Positions 13,503 to 24,150 of a stretch of 64,000 nt of DNA are shown here, one piece after another. Source of the stretch: an uncultured Planctomycetaceae bacterium (GTDB lineage: Bacteria; Planctomycetota; Planctomycetia; Isosphaerales; Isosphaeraceae); contig CAWIAD010000002.1 in NCBI GenBank assembly GCA_963833985.1, forward strand, positions 1,376,001 to 1,440,000, given 5' to 3'. Each line of letters opens with the position of its first letter. The first letter of the stretch is position 1. The notes below the pieces were generated by a model that was given only the letters and a program-made list of their open reading frames with translations, searched no databases and was not told where the DNA came from. The translations under genes and the position numbers were made by a program.

Positions 13503-14042
13503 TCATTCCACCTCGACGTCCTCGATCGGCACGTCCCAGTGGGCGTCAAGGATCTCGAACCGCCGCGCTTCCTCCGCGCGGAAGGTGGTCTGATCCGGAT
13601 ACAGCTCCTTCTTGATCGCCTCCTCCACGGCGGCCGGTGCGAAGGCGGCCTCGACGTTCTTGAAGACGATGGTCACCCGGTAATCCCAGCGGCCGTCCTC
13701 GGTGGCATGATAGCGCGGTTTGACCGCGGTAACGCGCAGCAGCCGGCCGGTCTGCACCTGCTTCTTGAGCACGGGATAGTGGTTCTTCTTGAAGAGCCGG
13801 ATGAACTCGTCGGCATGCCCCCACCTGGCCTTGTAGTAGTACTCCACGATGAACGGCTTCTCGGCGTGCTTCGCCTCGGCCTGGGCTTCGGCCCCGGGTT
13901 CAGCCTCGGTTTGCGAACTGGCGCGGACCATCGGTTGAGCTTTCTGGAGGAGAGGGACCGCCATCACCAGCAACATCACCAGCCAAAGCAGGTCGCGGAC
14001 TGACCGGATGACGGATCTGCCGTGTGTTGTTTTCATAGACAT
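13503..14042 (-). CDS. exported hypothetical protein
   Basis: N-terminal hydrophobic segment, strongly host-like codon usage (VEYYYKARWGHADEF..HWD). Confidence 0.7.
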   Translation of the reverse strand: MSMKTTHGRSVIRSVRDLLWLVMLLVMAVPLLQKAQPMVRASSQTEAEPGAEAQAEAKHAEKPFIVEYYYKARWGHADEFIRLFKKNHYPVLKKQVQTGRLLRVTAVKPRYHATEDGRWDYRVTIVFKNVEAAFAPAAVEEAIKKELYPDQTTFRAEEARRFEILDAHWDVPIEDVEVE

Positions 14043-14482
14043 GTCCCGTCGGGTGCGAACCTCGAGCGTCTCAATCCCAGTCATACTCTTCGCCCGGACG
14101 CCAGGCAAGTCGCGACCGCCCACCGGCTACGCCGAGCGGCAGAGGATGCAGAAAGAGCCAGTACCAAAGTCGGAGGAGCTTCTTCAGCCACAAGAGGAGC
14201 CAGGCACCAAGGTCGGGGCATCTGCGTCGATTGAACCGGCGTGGCAAGCTGCCCGTTGGTCCGGGCTTCGGAGCTTTCGTGCCTGTCTCTTTCTCGGGGC
14301 TTTCGTGCCTGGCGTTTTGTTGCTTTCCTGGCTCTTTCTTGAGTTCTCTTACGTCGATTGCTCCGGCCGCTTTGAGATGCAGCCACATAGTGAGTCGAGG
14401 CAGCTCTCGAATTTGCTGGTGCGAAGCCCGGTTCCGGTGTACAATCGCGTCGGTCAAATCATGATCGAGGAGTACCGCCGTC

Positions 14483-15172
14483 ATGCCTGCACCCGATGAG
14501 AGAAACGCCACGACCGTGGTGATCGAGATGAAGCCCGGCTGGATCTACGTGAAGGTGGCCGAGCCCAGGCCTGAACCGGAGCGGATTGAACGCCTGCTTG
14601 GCCTGACCATCGATCACTGGTTCCACGCCCATCCGCAGTTCATGATCGACAAGACTCAGGCCGTTACCCAGCACGGCAGGCTCGAAGGCATCAACGTCTG
14701 GTACCACGCCAGCGAACAAGAGCCGGAGCCAGGCGTCCCTCAGGATGCGCGGCAGCCCATCGCGCTGACCTTCGGAGTGGATCGCCAGGTCTTCGAGCTC
14801 TTGCCGAAGGAACACATCGAGGCCCTTGTCGATGAAGCGTTGCAGATCAGCCTCGCCCACAAGGAGTGGCACGGGACGTTGGTGGTGATCAGCCCGGGTC
14901 GAACGGCCGTGGTGCTGGACAAGCACGTCAACCAGGGAGTGGTGCTGCTGGTGGAATCGGTCTATCCCTCGCTCGAAACCAAGACGAGACAGTCCGTCGA
15001 AACCTGGCTTGAGGCCCCGCAAACGCGCCGCCATGTGGTCCTGATCGATGGTAGCTGGTTCATGGGACAAACGCCCCGGTCCACCCCGGGCACGATCGTC
15101 GACTGCGGTGAAAGGGCCACGAACTTCACTCTCGATCGTGAGCCTCCCACCGCGGATCCGGACGGCGATTGA
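14483..15172 (+). CDS. hypothetical protein
   Basis: GAGGAG SD upstream, host-like codon usage, 229 aa. Confidence 0.65.
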   Translation: MPAPDERNATTVVIEMKPGWIYVKVAEPRPEPERIERLLGLTIDHWFHAHPQFMIDKTQAVTQHGRLEGINVWYHASEQEPEPGVPQDARQPIALTFGVDRQVFELLPKEHIEALVDEALQISLAHKEWHGTLVVISPGRTAVVLDKHVNQGVVLLVESVYPSLETKTRQSVETWLEAPQTRRHVVLIDGSWFMGQTPRSTPGTIVDCGERATNFTLDREPPTADPDGD

Positions 15173-15264
15173 CGGGAGCCGCTTGCTCGAGAGCCGCGGT
15201 CTGTGGCCCGGCCACCGCGCTCAGCAGGTTGATGCGATCCTGGATGACCGGGAGGCCGCTCCTT

Positions 15265-15319
15265 GTGGGCCACGATACCCAATCGTGTCAATTCCATCAC
15301 CTCGTGGGACACGATTCCA
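15265..15319 (+). repeat. REP-like palindromes: one full unit plus the left half of the intron-interrupted unit
   Basis: GTGGGCCACGATACCCAATCGTGTCA (15265-15290) and GTGGGACACGATTCCA| (15304-15319), completed by ATCGTGTCA at 17314-17322. Confidence 0.7.
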
Positions 15320-17313
15320 GTGCGCCGTGGAAAGGTGTTGGTCTTCAGTGGGTGTAACTCCCACCCGGCAACTGGGTCGCTCCAGCCGGTAGCTATCGGA
15401 GCGGCGGTGGAGGAGACGAAACCGTCGGAGCCTTCGAGACAGATGTGTCGCTTGGCGATGCAGCGAACCGACAGGCCGTAACGCGAGTGAACGTTGAGCA
15501 GGCCTCGAAAAGTCCAATGTGGTCGCCGACCTTGCTGGAATATGGGGAAGGCCGCCGTCGCTGGGGATGAAAGGGAAACGGTTGGAATAGGCCGCCCCAC
15601 GAGCGATCAGAACCCAGCGGGCCACCGGGGTATTGACGACGGCATGTCGGCACACGGAGATCAACACAACACGGGAAACCCCAAGCGGTGAGGGCGCGTG
15701 ACCCTCAACCGGACGCCCGCGAGGGACCGGCCGGGCTGCCTGGGGTGGCGGAGAGGCCCGTAGTACCGTCGACGCCGGGTAACTCCGGTCGAGGGAAGGG
15801 GCCTTGGTTCAAGGTCAACGCAACAAGCGGCAGACAGCCGGGAGATTGGCGTGAGTCTATCACCTCCACTGAAGGTCGGGAAGTTGCAGACGGCGTTGCA
15901 CACCAAAGCGAAGAACGCGCCCAACTATCGGTTCTACGTCCTGTACGACAAGATTTATCGACGTGACGTTCTGGGATTCGCCTACGAACGCTGCCGTGCC
16001 AACGGCGGCGCGCCGGGGATCGACGGCCAGAGTTTCGCCGACATCGAGGCGTCCGGGAAGGAACGATGGCTGGACGAACTGGCGGAACAACTTCGTAAGG
16101 AGACGTATCAACCCCAGGCGGTGCGGCGCGTGTACATCCCCAAAGGGGACGGCAAGCAAAGGCCGCTGGGCATTCCTTGCATCAAGGATCGTGTGGTGCA
16201 GATGGCTGCGGTGCTGGTCTTGGAGCCGATCTTCGAGGCCGACCTGGAGCCGGAACAACACGCCTACCGCCCGGAGCGCAGCGCCCTGGACGCCGTCCGC
16301 GAAGTCGAACGGCTGCTCAAGACGGGGCACACCGAGGTGGTGGACGCGGACTTATCTGGATATTTCGATAGCATACCCCATTCCGAGTTAATGAAATCGG
16401 CGTCACGGCGCATCAGCGACGGTCGCGTCCTGCGGCTGATCAAGATGTGGCTGGAAACACCGGTGGAAGAAACCGACGGGAAGGGGCAGCGCCATCGAAC
16501 GACCCGGAATAAGGACCAGGGGATGGGTACACCGCAAGGTGCACCGATCTCACCATTGTTGTCAAACATCTACATGCGACGATTTGTGAAGGGATGGAAG
16601 ACTGGTGGACACGAGCGGCGTCTGGTCGCGCGAATCGTCAACTATGCGGACGACTTCGTCATCTGCTGTCGCGGCACGGCCGAAGAGGCCATGACGGTGA
16701 TGCGGAAGATGATGTCCAGGCTGAAGTTAACGGTGAACGAGACCAAGACGCGGCTGTGCCACCTGCCTGAGGAGACGTTCGACTTTCTGGGTTATACCCT
16801 CGGCCGGAACTACGACCGACGAACGGGCCGATCCTACATAGGGTCACGCCCATCGCGGAAGAAGATCATTCGGCTGTGCAGCGAGATCAGTGCGATGACG
16901 ACGCGCCAGACCACTGGACAGGACGTCGAGATGCAGATTGGTCGGATCAATCGCAAGTTACGCGGTTGGTCCAACTATTTTCGCATCGGAACGGTGAGCC
17001 CAGCCTATCGCCAAGTCAACCACCACGTCCGCTACCGGGTACGTCAGTGGTTGTGTGCGAAGTTCAAGGTGCCGGGTCAGGGGCTCAGACGCTACCCTGA
17101 CAGATACCTGCACCAGGAGTTGCATCTTTACCAGCTGCAACGAACCTAGCCGCGATGGTTTCGTGAGCGAACGTGTGAACTCAACCAATGAGACAAGCCT
17201 TGTCCGAAAGCTGGATGCGGGAAAACCGCCCGTCCAGTTTGATGAGCGGGGTGTGGAAACGAGGCCCAGCCGAGCCATCGACTCGAGCCCACCGCGCCAC
17301 GCCTCGACCCTAC
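15320..17313 (+). mobile_element. group II intron (IIB-like, endonuclease-less IEP)
   Basis: 5' GTGCG at 15320; domain V AGCTGGATGCGGGAAAACCGCCCGTCCAGTT at 17209-17239; domain VI ending CCCTAC at 17313; EBS1 TGGAAT 15583-15588 and EBS2 TGTGTC 15444-15449 complement the 5' exon. Confidence 0.93.
15851..17149 (+). CDS. ltrA: group II intron reverse transcriptase/maturase
   Basis: RPLGIP..DRVVQ, DADLSGYFDSIPH, GTPQGAPISPLLSNIY, YADD, FDFLGY, GWSNYF; no C-terminal HNH domain. Confidence 0.95.
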   Translation: MSLSPPLKVGKLQTALHTKAKNAPNYRFYVLYDKIYRRDVLGFAYERCRANGGAPGIDGQSFADIEASGKERWLDELAEQLRKETYQPQAVRRVYIPKGDGKQRPLGIPCIKDRVVQMAAVLVLEPIFEADLEPEQHAYRPERSALDAVREVERLLKTGHTEVVDADLSGYFDSIPHSELMKSASRRISDGRVLRLIKMWLETPVEETDGKGQRHRTTRNKDQGMGTPQGAPISPLLSNIYMRRFVKGWKTGGHERRLVARIVNYADDFVICCRGTAEEAMTVMRKMMSRLKLTVNETKTRLCHLPEETFDFLGYTLGRNYDRRTGRSYIGSRPSRKKIIRLCSEISAMTTRQTTGQDVEMQIGRINRKLRGWSNYFRIGTVSPAYRQVNHHVRYRVRQWLCAKFKVPGQGLRRYPDRYLHQELHLYQLQRT

Positions 17314-17347
17314 ATCGTGTCACTTCTTCTATCTGATGGACCAGGAA

Positions 17348-17372
17348 TGGCACGATTGGAATCGTACCCCAC
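17348..17372 (-). repeat. inverted REP-like unit
   Basis: reverse complement GTGGGGTACGATTCCAATCGTGCCA; flank CACAAGGAG pairs with CTCCTTGTG near 15260. Confidence 0.7.
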
Positions 17373-17492
17373 AAGGAGAGCGGTCAGGCAGGGCCCTCAG
17401 CCCCCGGGCAAGCGAACTGCAATCCTGCCAAAAGACTTCTGCGGATCTGCTGATCGCTGGTGCCCGGCCCGGCTTGGCCGGGCCCTGCGCGT

Positions 17493-18325
17493 TCATGATT
17501 CGATCGGGATCCAGATCTCGATAGCTCTGAGTCCCGTTTGCGGGTTGAACTCGGCGCCATAGCGTTCGAACGACGGCACAGCGATGGGCTTATGGCCCGA
17601 GCCTGGAATCCACTGGTTCCAGATCGCCATCATCGTGGAACGAATGCCGGCCACGTGGCCGCGATGCAGGAACACGGCGTATCTTGCGGGGGGACTTGCA
17701 GCGTCGCCAGTGCTTTCGGAAGGTCGGGGCTGCCGGTGATCTCGACCCCCGTCATGTCGTCGAAGCAGCCCTCCGCGTCGAAATGGGAGCAGACCCCGTA
17801 GGCGACCTGCCCGGCCTGTCCGGGGATTCTCCCGAGATAGGGCGTGAACCTCTGCCATTGCTTCGGGATGCCCGCAACCGCATGGCAGTCGTATCGTTCT
17901 GACAGGCCCGCGAAGACGATCTGTGCGCGGGTGTCGAAGCGAGGGGCATCGAGCGGCCGGGTCGTCGCTGCCTCCATTGGAATAGCCTCTGCGAGGTTGA
18001 TGCTGTGGATGTGGCCCTGCAAGCGAACCTGTTCCGGAGTCAGTCCGAACTGTTCGCGAAACGCCCTGGTGAACTCCTCATGGGACCCATAACCGGAGCC
18101 GAGGGCGACGTCGATGATGCGATAGGTCCCCTGTGCCAGTCGACGCGCCGCCTCGCTCAGCCGCCGCCCCCGCACGTCGCGCATGAGCGAAAGTCCCGTG
18201 GACGCCGCGAAGGCGCGCGTGAGGTGGAACGGCGAGAAGTGACAGGCTCTGGCAATGGCCTCGAGCGAGGTCGATTCCTCCGAATGAATCTCGATGAACC
18301 AGAGCGCCTTCTGAACAAGATCCAT
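17493..18325 (-). CDS. AraC family regulator with GyrI-like effector domain (frameshift at G-run near 17690)
   Basis: SLEAIARACHFSPFHLTRAF, GYGSHEEFTRAFREQFGLTP, YAVFLHRG, FERY..IEIWIPI; AGGAGG SD. Confidence 0.88.
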
Positions 18326-18727
18326 GAGCGTTCCTCCTGATCTCACGGCATGATAGCCGGGACGGGAGGGAGACTGCTTGATCGTTCTTGCGGTCTCTGA
18401 GGCTGGCCGACACAGAAACTGAAGAAGCGGAAACAGGACAAGCAGAAAGAACAGAAACGAAACAGGCGAGGGAGCTGAAGACCTGACAGAGCCGAAAAGA
18501 GACACACCCGGCACGCCCTGTGCAGCGGGTCTGTGCGCCGCCGCGCAACAAGCTGCCAGGCATGAGAGTTGCATTCCGGAATCAACAACCTCCTGCATGC
18601 GACTCATCCAGGTCTCACGTGGCGAGAGCGCCGCCGGAATCACCGGCTGCGCAGGCGGGCGTCCCACGGCGAACGTTCACGCGGGCGCTTGCCCGGTCCG
18701 CCGCAGAGGTCCCGGGCATTTTCCCGC

Positions 18728-20860
18728 ATGTGCATATTACTGACGTTCATCCGCGAAAGCCGGCTGGCCCGGGCGGGGCGAAAGTCTCCCTGGCGACCGC
18801 TGTCGGCATTGCCTGATCGCAAATTGCCGAAACTCGAGAACCTGCGACGGGCCAGACGAAGAGGTATCGCGACGGTCGAGCCCACGTTCTGGGCTGCCGC
18901 GCACGACCTCGAAGGGCAAGGGAATCTGGATTTGCCCGGACTGGCCAAGCTGGTGGGGTTTCCTTGCATTCTCCGGTCCTGCTCGCCGACCGAGGACACC
19001 CTGCAAGGATCACAAGCGGGACGGTTTGTGAGCGTGATCGTGCACCGTCCCGAGGCGATGGCCGGCGCTCTGGCGCGCGTCATCTCGTCGTTACCGGCAG
19101 GGTCTGGCCAGCGGATGGGAGCCGTCGCGGTACAGCCTTTCCTGGCCGGCTCCAGGGCCGGGGTCACGTTCTTCGACGGTTTCTATTTCGAGGAAACGGC
19201 GGTCTCTGGCCAGAATACGGGCGTTACGTCGGGCCGGAGGCGCGGGCGGGTCTGTCGTGGCCACATCACGCGCGGAGAAGCGCAGAGCGACTGGCTGCTT
19301 CGTCTCCATCGGCTCATTGGCGGCCCGCTCGATGCGGAGTGGACGGAGGATGCCGGTGGACGGCGCATCCTGATTCAGGTCCGGCCGGCCCTGTTCCCGG
19401 TTCGCAGGTGCGAAACCCTGAGCCTAGCCAACAACAAGGAGACGCTGGGCGAGGTTCCCAGCCCGTGGATCGCCGGAGTGTACGCCGACGTGGGACATCC
19501 GGTGCACGAATTCGCCCGCCGCGCCGATCGGCGACTGCCGGACTGGAATGAACCCTACACGATTGAGCTGGCCGGCAGGGTCTGGGTGAACTTCTCTTCG
19601 CTCTTTCGCCTGATGGATCGCTGGGGCTTGCCGCGCAGCCTGGTCTGGCGGTCCCTGGGAGGCGCGCCATCCGGGCCCGTGGACGATCGCTTCTTGCCGG
19701 GGCCGTTCCTGCGATCGCTCCCTGCACTGGTGAAGATCGCCTGGAACTGCCTGGCAAGCGACCTGGTCATCGGCCGCGACTTGCATCGAGTCGACAAGGT
19801 GCTGGACGCGGCCCATTGCCTGGCCGATCTCTGGGACGTGAACGTGCGGGTCCACCAGCTTTCCATCCGGCACAACTTCGCCCTGATCGCGGTGTCCAGC
19901 GCCGCTTCGGGTCTGCGGCGCTGGCTTGGCATCGCATCACGGGCGAATCCCATCACGCAGGCCATGATGGCCGAGTACGCGGCGATCAGGGCCAGACCCC
20001 GGCCGGCCGATCGATTGCAGGGGATCGATGACTGGCTGCGGCACTACGGACATCGCGGACCGCTTGAGACCGATCCCTCCCAGCCGCGCTTCATCGAGCT
20101 GAGCGAAGAGCTGAAACAGGATGTGGCCCGAACCGAGACAGGACAGGAAAACGGGCCGGCTCACGGCTCACGCCCCAGCGCCGGGCCGGCGCTGCTCTCC
20201 CGGCTGCTCTGCCACTGGGAGCAGCGCCGCGAGTGGTTCCGGCATTCGCTCATGCGGCGCACCCAGCGGCTCAGACAGCGCATCCTCGAGGAGGCCAGAA
20301 GAGCGGTCGATGCGGGATGCCTTGATATTCCTGAAGATGTCTTTCTCCTCACTCGCAATGACCTGACCGCGAGTCCAGACTCCTGGAAGGCGCGCGTGGG
20401 CCAGTCACGCGCCCGGCTGGAGCAAGCGCGTCGTCTCAGTTTTCCCACATCGACGACGCGCGACCTGGTCGAGGAGTCCTGGAGGCGATCCGGATCGTCG
20501 GGGATCCGCGGGCAGGAAGGCCCCTTCGTGGGCATTGGCTTCGGCTCGACGCCGGTCACGGGCACGGTGGTGCGGGCCCGGACGATCCACGAAATCTTGC
20601 GGCGACAAGACTGGCCGCAAGCGCCGATCCTGGTCGCGGACGCACTGGGGCCGTCATGGGCGGTGGTCTTCCCCAGGTTCAACGCCGTCGTTTGCGAGCT
20701 GGGGGGCGAGCTGAGCCACGCCGCCATCTTGCTCCGCGAGGCGAAGCTCCCCTGCGTGATCAACGCCGCGGGTGCCTTTCGCAGCCTGGCGGAAGGCGAC
20801 ACGATCCGCGTCAACCCCGCCTCTGGCGAGGTCGTCCTGGTGGCCCACCGCGCAGGATGA
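18728..20860 (+). CDS. PEP-utilizing enzyme (PPDK/rifampin phosphotransferase-like architecture)
   Basis: ILRSCSPTED..SQAGRF, IQVRP, YGHRGPLE, GGELSHAAILLRE phospho-His swivel; start uncertain. Confidence 0.75.
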   Translation: MCILLTFIRESRLARAGRKSPWRPLSALPDRKLPKLENLRRARRRGIATVEPTFWAAAHDLEGQGNLDLPGLAKLVGFPCILRSCSPTEDTLQGSQAGRFVSVIVHRPEAMAGALARVISSLPAGSGQRMGAVAVQPFLAGSRAGVTFFDGFYFEETAVSGQNTGVTSGRRRGRVCRGHITRGEAQSDWLLRLHRLIGGPLDAEWTEDAGGRRILIQVRPALFPVRRCETLSLANNKETLGEVPSPWIAGVYADVGHPVHEFARRADRRLPDWNEPYTIELAGRVWVNFSSLFRLMDRWGLPRSLVWRSLGGAPSGPVDDRFLPGPFLRSLPALVKIAWNCLASDLVIGRDLHRVDKVLDAAHCLADLWDVNVRVHQLSIRHNFALIAVSSAASGLRRWLGIASRANPITQAMMAEYAAIRARPRPADRLQGIDDWLRHYGHRGPLETDPSQPRFIELSEELKQDVARTETGQENGPAHGSRPSAGPALLSRLLCHWEQRREWFRHSLMRRTQRLRQRILEEARRAVDAGCLDIPEDVFLLTRNDLTASPDSWKARVGQSRARLEQARRLSFPTSTTRDLVEESWRRSGSSGIRGQEGPFVGIGFGSTPVTGTVVRARTIHEILRRQDWPQAPILVADALGPSWAVVFPRFNAVVCELGGELSHAAILLREAKLPCVINAAGAFRSLAEGDTIRVNPASGEVVLVAHRAG

Positions 20861-21093
20861 CCCGGTCCGAGACAGCGCCCGATCGCGAACCGAACCGACC
20901 CGACCCTTGCCACAGCCGCTCCGGTTCGGAGCGAGCGGAGAAGCAGCATGCGGCCAGGTGCAAGGGGGCGGCAAGGCCGGGATGCACACGGATTGACACC
21001 CGCGATGCAAGGCCGGCGGGTCCCGGGACCTCGATGCCAGGGCACGGCGATGCCGCGACGGACACGCTCCGGTTCCGGGCCCTCGCTGCCGGG

Positions 21094-21882
21094 TCAGTCC
21101 GGCAGGAAATGCCGTGCAAAGGCGGGAACGTCGCGGTAGAGGACGTGAAAGCTCTCGTTGAACGACCGGAACCTGAGGCCAAAGGGACGCACCAGCTTTG
21201 CCAGGCTGGCGCGGGAGTAGAGCGAGACGTGCCCGTTGCGGGGGGCGGCGTACCACCAGTTCAGCCCCTGGCGGTCGATGTCGGCCGGCTGGAGCAGCGT
21301 GGAGAAGAGGATGAGCCCGTTCTCCGTGAGCGACTCGTTCATCTCCGCGATCGACCGTGCGGGGTCGATGGAATGCTCCAGCACTTCGAAGCAGAGCACG
21401 CAGTCGAAGCGGCCGGCGGGCCGGGCGTCATGGCTGGCCACGAACGGGTCGTAGGTCTCGACGTGGGGAAAACCCGCGTCCCGCAGCAGCCCGGCCAGCG
21501 TGCCATGGCCGCCGCCGTGATCGAGGATGCGCGCCGGCCGCTCGGTGGGGAATAGCCCTCGCAGCACCTGGGCATTGGACCGTGGCCGCGCCTCGGGATA
21601 ATCCGGGTCCACCAGCACGTAATCCTGGTTATAGATGTGTTGCTGAAAGTCCTCGATCGAGAAACCATCGAACGCCGTGGTGAAGAGGAACTGGCAAAGC
21701 GAGCAGCGGTGATAGTAGACCGGCACGCCGGAGAGGCCCAGCACGCTGCGGCGGTAGATCTCACAGTTCTTGTGGAAGTCGACAACCCCGTAGAGAAACG
21801 CCTGGGCGCCGCAGCACTTGCAGACCGTTTCCTGAGGGCAAATGGCGCGCATCCGTGCGTTCATCACACCGCTCCTCTCCAT
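21094..21882 (-). CDS. class I SAM-dependent methyltransferase with N-terminal Cys cluster
   Basis: CKCC..CSLC, ILDHGGGHG, FDCVLCFEVLEH. Confidence 0.85.
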   Translation of the reverse strand: MERSGVMNARMRAICPQETVCKCCGAQAFLYGVVDFHKNCEIYRRSVLGLSGVPVYYHRCSLCQFLFTTAFDGFSIEDFQQHIYNQDYVLVDPDYPEARPRSNAQVLRGLFPTERPARILDHGGGHGTLAGLLRDAGFPHVETYDPFVASHDARPAGRFDCVLCFEVLEHSIDPARSIAEMNESLTENGLILFSTLLQPADIDRQGLNWWYAAPRNGHVSLYSRASLAKLVRPFGLRFRSFNESFHVLYRDVPAFARHFLPD

Positions 21883-21906
21883 GACATTATGCAGATGAGA
21901 GTCCGC

Positions 21907-22686
21907 TCACCGCGCTCTTTCGATCACCGTCCGCCAACGCCGGGGGACAGCCTCCCAGGCCGACTGATAGGTCGCTTCGAGAGCCACGGGCACATGCCCG
22001 CCGGCCCTCAGGAAGAGAGGCATCTCCGGCAGCTCGTCACCGACGGCCACCATCTCGACGAACGCGCGCACGCCCATCTCGGCCTCGTAAGCGGCGAGGG
22101 TGAGCGGCTTTCCCGCGGGTGCCTGGTAGTGTTCATCGCAGAGGGCTTCCCAGATGGCGCCATGGATCCCGTTGGGGTCTCTCGAGGATGGTGGAATCAG
22201 ATCGAGGATAAGCAGGTGGATATCCTGATTCAACAGCTCCACCGCCTTGTCGACGAACTTCTGAAGGACCGCCCGGCTCGACTTGTTGCCCGGCGAGACG
22301 ATCTCGACGATGGCAATCAGCCGATCCCCGCTCACGTGGCGGATCGCGACGACGTTCTGCTTTCGGCGGTAGAACTCCATGTCTGTCTCGCCGACCAGGC
22401 GGGCTCGCGGCCTGGCGGCGACCACGCCGCCTGCGCTGGAGGAGGATCCATTGCCGCCGAGGGCAGGATCATATTGTTCCTCGACGACCGAGCCGGGACC
22501 GCTCGCCGGTCGCGATTGAAGTGTCAAGACTTCGGGGCCGAACTGTGATGCATGTTGCTCGGCCAGGGCGTAATGGTCTGGAGGAAGCACTCCACCGTTG
22601 AGTAGCCGTTTGATCTGTTCAATCCAGGCGTGATGGAAGTCGTGAAAGATTCCGGCTTCGACCTTCGACCAGTCGTGAATGGGCAT
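21907..22686 (-). CDS. DUF4058 family protein
   Basis: MPIHDWSKVEAGIFHDFHHAW, VEIVSPGNK, LILDLIPP. Confidence 0.88.
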   Translation of the reverse strand: MPIHDWSKVEAGIFHDFHHAWIEQIKRLLNGGVLPPDHYALAEQHASQFGPEVLTLQSRPASGPGSVVEEQYDPALGGNGSSSSAGGVVAARPRARLVGETDMEFYRRKQNVVAIRHVSGDRLIAIVEIVSPGNKSSRAVLQKFVDKAVELLNQDIHLLILDLIPPSSRDPNGIHGAIWEALCDEHYQAPAGKPLTLAAYEAEMGVRAFVEMVAVGDELPEMPLFLRAGGHVPVALEATYQSAWEAVPRRWRTVIERAR

Positions 22687-23187
22687 GGCAAGACCTTCCT
22701 TCCCGAACGTGATCCTGACCGTATTTTACAAGCAATGGCCGTTACCGGCTATGCGAGCCGCGCGTGTCTCTGGTCGGTAGCCGCGAGGCATACCCTGTCC
22801 AGGCAACTCACCCTCCTGCTGTCCCCGTTTTTCGGCGGCGGGCTCTGGGATAATTACGTTCAATGGTCATGTCCAACCTGGTCCCTGACCAGCGAGACCA
22901 CAATGACATGCAGCGACGTTCACCAGCAGCACGGCCCGGACCCGCTCGATGCCGCGAGACGGGCACCGCCGGGCGCTCCCACGACGAGAGCCGGCGCGAC
23001 GAACAAAGGGCTTCCGTTGCCGGATTCATCGCAGCCCTCCCTTTGGATTGAGCGGTCGTCCGGTCCCGCACGCCACGCCGGGCGGCTCTTCTCCAGCCAG
23101 GCCGGGTACCCCGTAGAATAGACCGGAGGCCATCATGCCGGAAGCGGTAAGCGAACCGCGCCGGATTGGATCGGGAGGAACGCAGTC

Positions 23188-23958
23188 ATGAAGACGAAGG
23201 CCGAGATCGTGAAGGATTGGCTGCCCCGGTACACGGGGCGCCCGCTCGATGGGTTCGGTAAGTACATCTTGCTGAGTAACTTCGTCAACTACGTTGATAT
23301 GTTCGCCCAGCGGTTCGGGGTCGAGGTGCTGGGTAAGGACCATCCCATGCAGTCGGCGACTGCCGAGAACCTGACCATCCTCAACTTCGGCATGGGGAGC
23401 GCCATGGCCGCGACCGTGATGGACCTGCTGGCCGCCGTGGAGCCGAAGGCCGTCCTCTTCCTGGGCAAGTGTGGGGGCCTCAAGAAGACGAAGCTCGGCG
23501 ACTTCATCCTGCCCATCGCCGCGATTCGAGGCGAGGGGACGAGCAACGATTACATGCCTCCGGAGATCCCGGCGCTGCCGTCGTTCCGGTTGCAGAAGGC
23601 CGTCTCGGCGATGATTGTGCGGCACGGCTGTGAATACTGGACCGGGACCGTCTACACGACCAACAGGCGGGTCTGGGAGCACGATGAGAAGTTCAAGCTC
23701 TATCTGAAGCAGATGCGGGCTTCGGGAATCGACATGGAGACCGCCACGATCTTCATCGTGGGCTTCGTCAATCACATACCGAAAGGTGCGCTGCTGCTGG
23801 TATCGGATAGTCCGATGAGTCCCGAGGGAGTCAAGACGACCAGAAGTGATCGTGCCGTGACAGATCAATATGTGAAGCAGCATCTGGAGATAGGCATCGA
23901 CTCGTTGATCGAGCTGAGAGACTCGGGAGAGTCGGTCATGCATTTGCGATTTGAATGA
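23188..23958 (+). CDS. amn: AMP nucleosidase (short type, PNP/UDP phosphorylase family)
   Basis: WLPRYTG..YILLSNF, NFGMGSAMAAT, FLGKCGGL, AIRGEGTS, IDMETAT, GALLLVSD, HLRFE. Confidence 0.9.
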   Translation: MKTKAEIVKDWLPRYTGRPLDGFGKYILLSNFVNYVDMFAQRFGVEVLGKDHPMQSATAENLTILNFGMGSAMAATVMDLLAAVEPKAVLFLGKCGGLKKTKLGDFILPIAAIRGEGTSNDYMPPEIPALPSFRLQKAVSAMIVRHGCEYWTGTVYTTNRRVWEHDEKFKLYLKQMRASGIDMETATIFIVGFVNHIPKGALLLVSDSPMSPEGVKTTRSDRAVTDQYVKQHLEIGIDSLIELRDSGESVMHLRFE

Positions 23959-24150
23959 CGTTCGAACGGGACGGCGAAATAGACCAGCCGGCCCCCTTTC
24001 CCCCATAAGCAGGTCTGGTTCTTTTAAAGTGACCTGAACTCCGCTCCGATCCCCTCCGGATGTTCGGCGACACAGGACAGGAATGGCCCAGAAACCAGGA
24101 TGTGATAGAATATCAGAAGGTTTCAGGCAAGATTTGAACGAGGACGGACC

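Noticed and set aside
15851..17149. Retron, DGR or defence-associated reverse transcriptase
   Set aside because: Intron boundaries, domains V/VI and the maturase region identify an ordinary group II intron RT.
18400..18510. Purine-rich tract as a possible ncRNA or repeat
   Set aside because: No periodicity or structure; reads best as a Lys-rich gene-end remnant (LKKRKQDKQKEQKRNRRGS-stop).
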